NCBI RefSeq assembly: GCF_003428155.1
Contig: NZ_QLIR01000002.1
Location: 60,001-92,000 of the forward strand
From: Fastidiosibacter lacustris
GTDB taxonomy: Bacteria > Pseudomonadota > Gammaproteobacteria > Francisellales > Francisellaceae
DNA length: 32,000 bases
Direction of reading: 5' to 3'
Part shown: piece by piece, positions 27,309-32,000 of the stretch
How the letters are laid out: each line of letters opens with the position of its first letter
Position numbering within the stretch: position 1 is the stretch's first letter
Program-made: the position numbers and the translations under genes
Notes under the pieces: generated by a model
The model's input: only the letters and a program-made list of their open reading frames with translations
Told to the model about the DNA's origin: nothing
Databases searched by the model: none

Positions 27309-28736
27309 GTGATAAAAGAAGTTAAAACGCGCTTTGCCCCAAGCCCAACGGGGTATTTGCATGTAGGTGGCGCAAGGACGGCGTTATTTTCATGGGTGTA
27401 TGCGCGTAAAAACAAGGGTAAGTTTGTATTAAGAATAGAAGATACCGATTTAGATCGCTCGACACCAGAAGCCGTGCAAGCGATCTTAGATGGTATGGAT
27501 TGGCTAGGATTGAACGCAGATTATGAACCTTATTACCAAACTCAACATTTTGAGCGTTACAAAGGAGTAATTAATCAGTTATTACAACAAGGGAAAGCAT
27601 ATTGTTGTTATTGTTCACGTGAACGTTTAGATGAATTGCGTGATAGGCAAATGGCAAATAAAGAAAAACCACGATATGATGAACATTGCCGTCATTTAAA
27701 CCAAAGTGAACAGGATGTATCAAAGCCGCACGTTGTACGCTTTAAGAATCCCAAGGAGGGTATCGTTAGTTGGTTAGATGCAGTCAAGGGTCAAATTAAT
27801 ATTGCCAACACTGAGCTAGATGATTTAATCATCCAGCGTACGGATGGTTCTCCAACCTATAACTTCTGTGTTGTCGTTGATGATATCGATATGGAAATTA
27901 CCCATGTTGTGCGCGGTGATGATCACGTTAACAACACACCAAGGCAGATTAATTTATATTACGCATTAGGTGCAGATGTTCCTATTTTTGCACATGTACC
28001 AATGATTTTAGGGAACGATGGTAAGAAATTATCAAAACGTCATGGTGCAGTAAGTGTGATGCAGTATAAAGAGGAGGGTTATTTACCACAGGCGCTTATT
28101 AATTACTTGATTCGCTTGGGTTGGTCACATGGAGATCAAGAAATCTTTAGTATGGATGAGATATTCAAGTATTTTGATTTAAATGATATTAATGCCTCAG
28201 CTTCAACTTTTAATACAGATAAATTGAATTGGTTGAATCAACATTATATGCGTAGTTTGCCAGTAGAAGAGGTAGTAAAGCACCTGAAATATCACTTTGA
28301 ACAGCAAGGCTTAGACATTACTGAGGGTCCTGAGCTTGAGCTCATTATCCCTGTGATGGCAGAAAAAGTAAAAACACTAAAAGAGTTGACCGAGCAAAGC
28401 CGTTATTTTTATCAAGGTTTTGAAAGTTATGATGAGAAGTCCGCAGTTAAGCATTTAACCAATGGATCGATTAAGTCATTACAATATGCATTAAAGAAAT
28501 ATGAAGCACTGACAGAGGTAGATTGGCAAGATGAAGCTAAGTTGCATCATGTATTAAAAGAAATTGCACAAGAGCTTGAGCTAGGGATGGGGAAAGTCGG
28601 AATGCCTGTTCGTGTTGCCATTACTGGTACCGCGCAATCCCCTGATATTGGCTTGACACTTAAGTGGATTGGAAAAGCGCGCACTTTAAAGCGCTTACAA
28701 CAAGCGATTGATTTTATAAAAACTCGTGATGCTTAG
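27309..28736 (+). CDS. gltX: glutamate--tRNA ligase
   Basis: [20 protein letters not shown] is the HIGH-type motif and KLSKRHG is the KMSKS motif. The cysteine cluster is CCYC...C. The start is GTG. Confidence 0.95.
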   Translation: MIKEVKTRFAPSPTGYLHVGGARTALFSWVYARKNKGKFVLRIEDTDLDRSTPEAVQAILDGMDWLGLNADYEPYYQTQHFERYKGVINQLLQQGKAYCCYCSRERLDELRDRQMANKEKPRYDEHCRHLNQSEQDVSKPHVVRFKNPKEGIVSWLDAVKGQINIANTELDDLIIQRTDGSPTYNFCVVVDDIDMEITHVVRGDDHVNNTPRQINLYYALGADVPIFAHVPMILGNDGKKLSKRHGAVSVMQYKEEGYLPQALINYLIRLGWSHGDQEIFSMDEIFKYFDLNDINASASTFNTDKLNWLNQHYMRSLPVEEVVKHLKYHFEQQGLDITEGPELELIIPVMAEKVKTLKELTEQSRYFYQGFESYDEKSAVKHLTNGSIKSLQYALKKYEALTEVDWQDEAKLHHVLKEIAQELELGMGKVGMPVRVAITGTAQSPDIGLTLKWIGKARTLKRLQQAIDFIKTRDA

Positions 28737-30142
28737 CGTTGACCAATTTTATTGAGCTTCACTCCATGTTCTAGGTCTTTTTCGATTTTTTCCAAGCTTA
28801 CCCCCTTTGTCTCAGGAACAAAGAATTTTAAGAAAACCATAGATAGGATACAAAATCCCCCAAATACAAAGAAAATGGAGGCATTGCCATATACTTTCAT
28901 GAAGCTCAGTGCATTGGCCATCACAATACCAGCAAAGGTCCAATTGATCATAGTAGTAACAGTCATGCCGATTTCACGCCCTTTTAATGGAAAAATTTCA
29001 GCACATACAACCCAAGCAACAGGTCCCCATGAGCATGCAAAACCAAAGATATAAACCACAGCTGAAATTAGTAATATTGCCTTAGGCACAGCGCCAGGTG
29101 TAGTGCCGCCATTCGCTATGACTAAAAATGCAAAGCCTGCTGTAAACATAGAAACCATCATTACCACAGCACCGACGTATAAGAGTTTTTTACGACCCCA
29201 TTTTTCAATCCATTTAATAGCAGGGAAGGTAAAGAGCATGTTTACTGTTGGAATGGCAAGTAAAGCAATAATTCCTGTCATGCCAGCATAGCCAAAAATA
29301 GTTGGGGCATAATAAATCATCATGTTAATACCAACGAGTTGCTGAAACATTTGTAATACCACTCCGACAATTAATATTTTCCAAAAATAACCTTTGGATA
29401 GCATAATGATTCCAGAGCCTTGATTTTCTATAATGCTTTCTTTAATTTCAGCTATTTCATCATTTATTTCTTTTTCAGAAGAGCGTACTCGCCTTAGTAC
29501 TTTTAGAGCTTTGTCTTCTTTGCCTTTTAACATCAACCAGCGTGGACTCTCAGGCAAAAAGAAACTGCCAATGAACATAATTAATGCAAATATTACAATG
29601 ACGCTAAACATTAAGCTAAGTGAAATCTCGAAATGTCCTAATGCTTTGACAATCATCACATTAGTAAAAGCGATTAAGAAAATACCAATTGTGATCATCA
29701 ATTGAAATAAAGTTGCCATTCCCCCACGAATAGAAGTTGGCGCTGTTTCTGATAAATAAAGTGGTACTGTAAAAGAGGCAATACCAACGGAAAAGCCTAA
29801 TCCAAAACGACAAGCGATTAAAATTTCAAGTGGTGGTAAAAATGCAGATACAAGTGACAATAACGTAAATAAAAATCCAGATAGTATCAGTACTTTTTTG
29901 CGACCAAGTATCCTTGCAAAAATGCCACTTAATAAAGCACCAAGAATACCACCCCACGCCAGTACAGCAGAGTAATGTTCCCCTTGTGTAGTAGTTAGTT
30001 CATAAATGTGATCAATTGTGGCAAGCGAATTGGCGATAAAACCTTGGTCAAGACCAAATAATAATCCACCTAAAGCTCCAATTAAACAAATCATGTAAAC
30101 AATTTTCTTATATTGTTTGTTAGAAGTTGATTGTATTGGCAT
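28733..30142 (-). CDS. MFS sugar-porter family transporter
   Basis: It has 12 TM segments. Sugar-porter signatures are present: GRKK loop, PESPRWL, and PETKG near the C-terminus. Confidence 0.85.
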   Translation of the reverse strand: MPIQSTSNKQYKKIVYMICLIGALGGLLFGLDQGFIANSLATIDHIYELTTTQGEHYSAVLAWGGILGALLSGIFARILGRKKVLILSGFLFTLLSLVSAFLPPLEILIACRFGLGFSVGIASFTVPLYLSETAPTSIRGGMATLFQLMITIGIFLIAFTNVMIVKALGHFEISLSLMFSVIVIFALIMFIGSFFLPESPRWLMLKGKEDKALKVLRRVRSSEKEINDEIAEIKESIIENQGSGIIMLSKGYFWKILIVGVVLQMFQQLVGINMMIYYAPTIFGYAGMTGIIALLAIPTVNMLFTFPAIKWIEKWGRKKLLYVGAVVMMVSMFTAGFAFLVIANGGTTPGAVPKAILLISAVVYIFGFACSWGPVAWVVCAEIFPLKGREIGMTVTTMINWTFAGIVMANALSFMKVYGNASIFFVFGGFCILSMVFLKFFVPETKGVSLEKIEKDLEHGVKLNKIGQR

Positions 30143-30724
30143 AAAAGTCCCCTGTGTAAATTAAGACAGGCATATTTTGCGTAGTGTTAATGCAGATGTC
30201 AAATAGTTACATTAGAGAATAGTTATTTACATTGTTCACAATAAAGAAATAATTATTGGTAATGATTAATATTAAGTGTAAATATCTGTAGATATTGCAA
30301 AGCTGATATTGATTCAATAAACAAAGTAGACACGCTTTTATGCAATTTAATAGTTGATTAAAATGCTCATTTAAATGATGATCATGAGTAGAACCACGTT
30401 TAAGTGGACTTTATTGATGAGGTTAATACTGTATGGAAGAATTGCATCAGATGGAATATTACTACCAATAATGGCAAAAAAAGTAGAAGCAAAGTTTAAC
30501 ACTAAGCTACTTTTAATGTTTGAGATGGGCATAAAAATATGCCCAAAAGTAAAAAGCAAGCAAGATACAACGTATCAAAAATCTGTATAAATGTATGAAT
30601 ATTTAAATGGTTTAAGCCAATAGTGTAAGTAGCAAAAGTATAGTTCAAAAGAAGAATATTCGCTGAATATAGCGATTATTTCTGATATGATTCAATCAGT
30701 TTGAGTAGAAGGTAGTAAGTAGCG

Positions 30725-32000
30725 ATGAAAATTGCAATATTTGGTACAGGTTATGTTGGGCTTGTAACGGGCACCTGCTTTGCGGCGATGGGTAACCATG
30801 TTTGCTGTGTGGACATTGACAATAAAAAGGTAGAGAATTTAAAAAAAGGAATTTCTCCAATATATGAACCAGGCTTAGATGATCTAATTAAACGCAATGT
30901 AGCTAAAGGCAGATTAAGTTTTACGACGGAGGCAAAATCTGCGATTGATGAAGCAGAAATTATTTTTATTGCAGTAGGGACTCCACCTGATGAGGATGGT
31001 TCTGCTGATTTAAAATATGTGCTTCAGGTTGCAAAAACGGTTGCAAAATATATGAGTGAATATAAAGTCATTGTCAATAAATCGACTGTACCTGTGGGAA
31101 CAGAGTATAAAGTAACAGAGACGATTTCAAATGTGCTTAGATCGCGTGGCGTCACGCTTGACTTTGACGTTGTATCAAATCCTGAGTTTCTCAAAGAGGG
31201 TGATGCAATTAATGATTGTATGCATCCAGATCGGATTGTGGTTGGTGCACATTCTGAGCGCGCCGCGGATATGATGCGCGAACTTTATGCACCATTTGAC
31301 CCAAACCAAAACCGTTTAATGATCATGGATGTGCGTTCTGCCGAGATGACGAAGTACGTTGCAAATGCGATGCTTGCCACCAAAATCAGCTTTATGAATG
31401 AGATGAGTCAAATTGCTGAGCGAGTAGGTGCGGATATTGAAAAAGTACGAATTGGTATTGGTGCGGATCGGCGTATTGGTTATCATTTCATTTATGCAGG
31501 ATGTGGTTACGGTGGTTCTTGTTTTCCCAAAGATGTGCGAGCGTTGAGTCAGACTTCGCATGAATATGGTTATAAAGCAAGGCTTTTAAATGCTGTACAT
31601 GATGTTAATGATGAACAAAAAGAAGTATTGTTTAATAAGTTTTACAATTATTTTAATGGTGAAGTTGAAGGCAAAATAGTAGCCGTATGGGGACTTGCAT
31701 TTAAACCAAATACCGATGACATCCGTGAAGCACCTTCTCGAGTGTTGATTGAAAAACTATGGCAACACGGTGTGAAAGTAAAAGCGTATGACCCAGAGGC
31801 GATGAATAATTTTATCAACACATATGAGAACCGTGATAATTACGAGTTAGCACAAGATGCTTATGATGCGTTATATGGTGCCGATGCACTTTTTGTAGTG
31901 ACAGAATGGCAAAGCTTTAGAAGTCCAGATTTTGCTAAAATCGCGAGTAGATTAGCGCAACCTGTGATTTTTGACGGTCGTAACCTATATGATAAATCTC
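30725..32000 (+). CDS. ugd: UDP-glucose 6-dehydrogenase (3' end beyond the window)
   Basis: My own translation from the ATG at 30725 gives MKIAIFGTGYVGLVTGTCFAAMGNHVCCVDID...ISPIYEPGLDDLI. The catalytic CGYGGSCFPKD block lies near 31500. The frame stays open to the window end, which is why it is missing from the ORF track. Confidence 0.9.
   Translation, partial: MKIAIFGTGYVGLVTGTCFAAMGNHVCCVDIDNKKVENLKKGISPIYEPGLDDLIKRNVAKGRLSFTTEAKSAIDEAEIIFIAVGTPPDEDGSADLKYVLQVAKTVAKYMSEYKVIVNKSTVPVGTEYKVTETISNVLRSRGVTLDFDVVSNPEFLKEGDAINDCMHPDRIVVGAHSERAADMMRELYAPFDPNQNRLMIMDVRSAEMTKYVANAMLATKISFMNEMSQIAERVGADIEKVRIGIGADRRIGYHFIYAGCGYGGSCFPKDVRALSQTSHEYGYKARLLNAVHDVNDEQKEVLFNKFYNYFNGEVEGKIVAVWGLAFKPNTDDIREAPSRVLIEKLWQHGVKVKAYDPEAMNNFINTYENRDNYELAQDAYDALYGADALFVVTEWQSFRSPDFAKIASRLAQPVIFDGRNLYDKS

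Noticed and set aside
28752-29705. Three plus-strand ORFs (28752..29054, 29103..29291, 29433..29705) inside the MFS transporter gene.
   Set aside because: They are antisense to a 12-TM sugar porter with intact signature motifs. I treat them as shadow ORFs.
30334-30359. A sequence (GCTTTTATGCAATTTAATAGTTGATT) sharing TAGTTGATT and scattered positions with the transposon IR. It could be a solo IR remnant.
   Set aside because: Only the 9-nt core is exact. The outer GGCTATTCGG part is not conserved without several gaps, so this is compatible with chance in AT-rich DNA.
30371-30590. Overlapping opposite-strand small ORFs (62 and 71 aa) in the AT-rich spacer upstream of ugd.
   Set aside because: They mutually overlap, lack Shine-Dalgarno sequences, and have AT-driven compositions. 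They cannot be supported as genes from sequence alone.
30700-30724. A possible JUMPStart/ops element (GGCGGTAG) upstream of ugd.
   Set aside because: Only GGTAG is present (GAAGGTAGTAAG). The ops core is not matched.
31316-31561. An 81-aa minus-strand ORF.
   Set aside because: It lies antisense within the ugd coding frame, across the catalytic GGSCFPKD region.
1-32000. I looked for CRISPR arrays, tRNA/rRNA genes, and tandem repeats in all intergenic regions.
   Set aside because: I saw no regularly spaced direct repeats, no cloverleaf-compatible conserved tRNA boxes, and no rRNA-like stretches by eye. A tRNAscan-SE/Infernal run would be needed to exclude small RNAs formally.

Overview
This window looks like a chromosomal segment from a low-GC, gammaproteobacterium-like genome; I cannot name the organism from sequence alone. 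Most of it is housekeeping: rimO, ftsH, pepA, map, fdxA, gmhB, plsC, galU, gmk, gltX, a 3'-truncated ugd, a Lpd-like flavoprotein, transporters and several envelope proteins. The exception is an 8,971-bp block (9224..18194) between the convergent genes ftsH and pepA. It is bounded by 24/26-matching terminal inverted repeats that start GGCT, as ISL3-family ends typically do. It holds one ISL3-family transposase plus, on the same strand and almost without gaps, a complete type I restriction-modification operon (hsdM, hsdS, hsdR). Two extra genes sit inside that operon: an uncharacterised 202-aa ORF between hsdM and hsdS, and a short RhuM-family ORF between hsdS and hsdR. I found no inverted repeat between the transposase and hsdR, and the hsdR stop codon lies 23 nt inside the transposase ORF. 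The simplest reading is an ISL3-type transposon carrying a defence operon as cargo. The embedded 202-aa gene is the best candidate for an undescribed accessory function, by analogy with PrrC in the EcoprrI locus. Other points of note are a nitrilase-superfamily protein with all three catalytic residues apparently substituted, an outer-membrane beta-barrel protein with a VirB9/TrbG-like N-terminal segment, and a perfect 28-bp palindrome in the pepA/map divergent promoter region. I recognised no rRNA, tRNA or CRISPR array. All family calls come from by-eye motif recognition; no database search was run.
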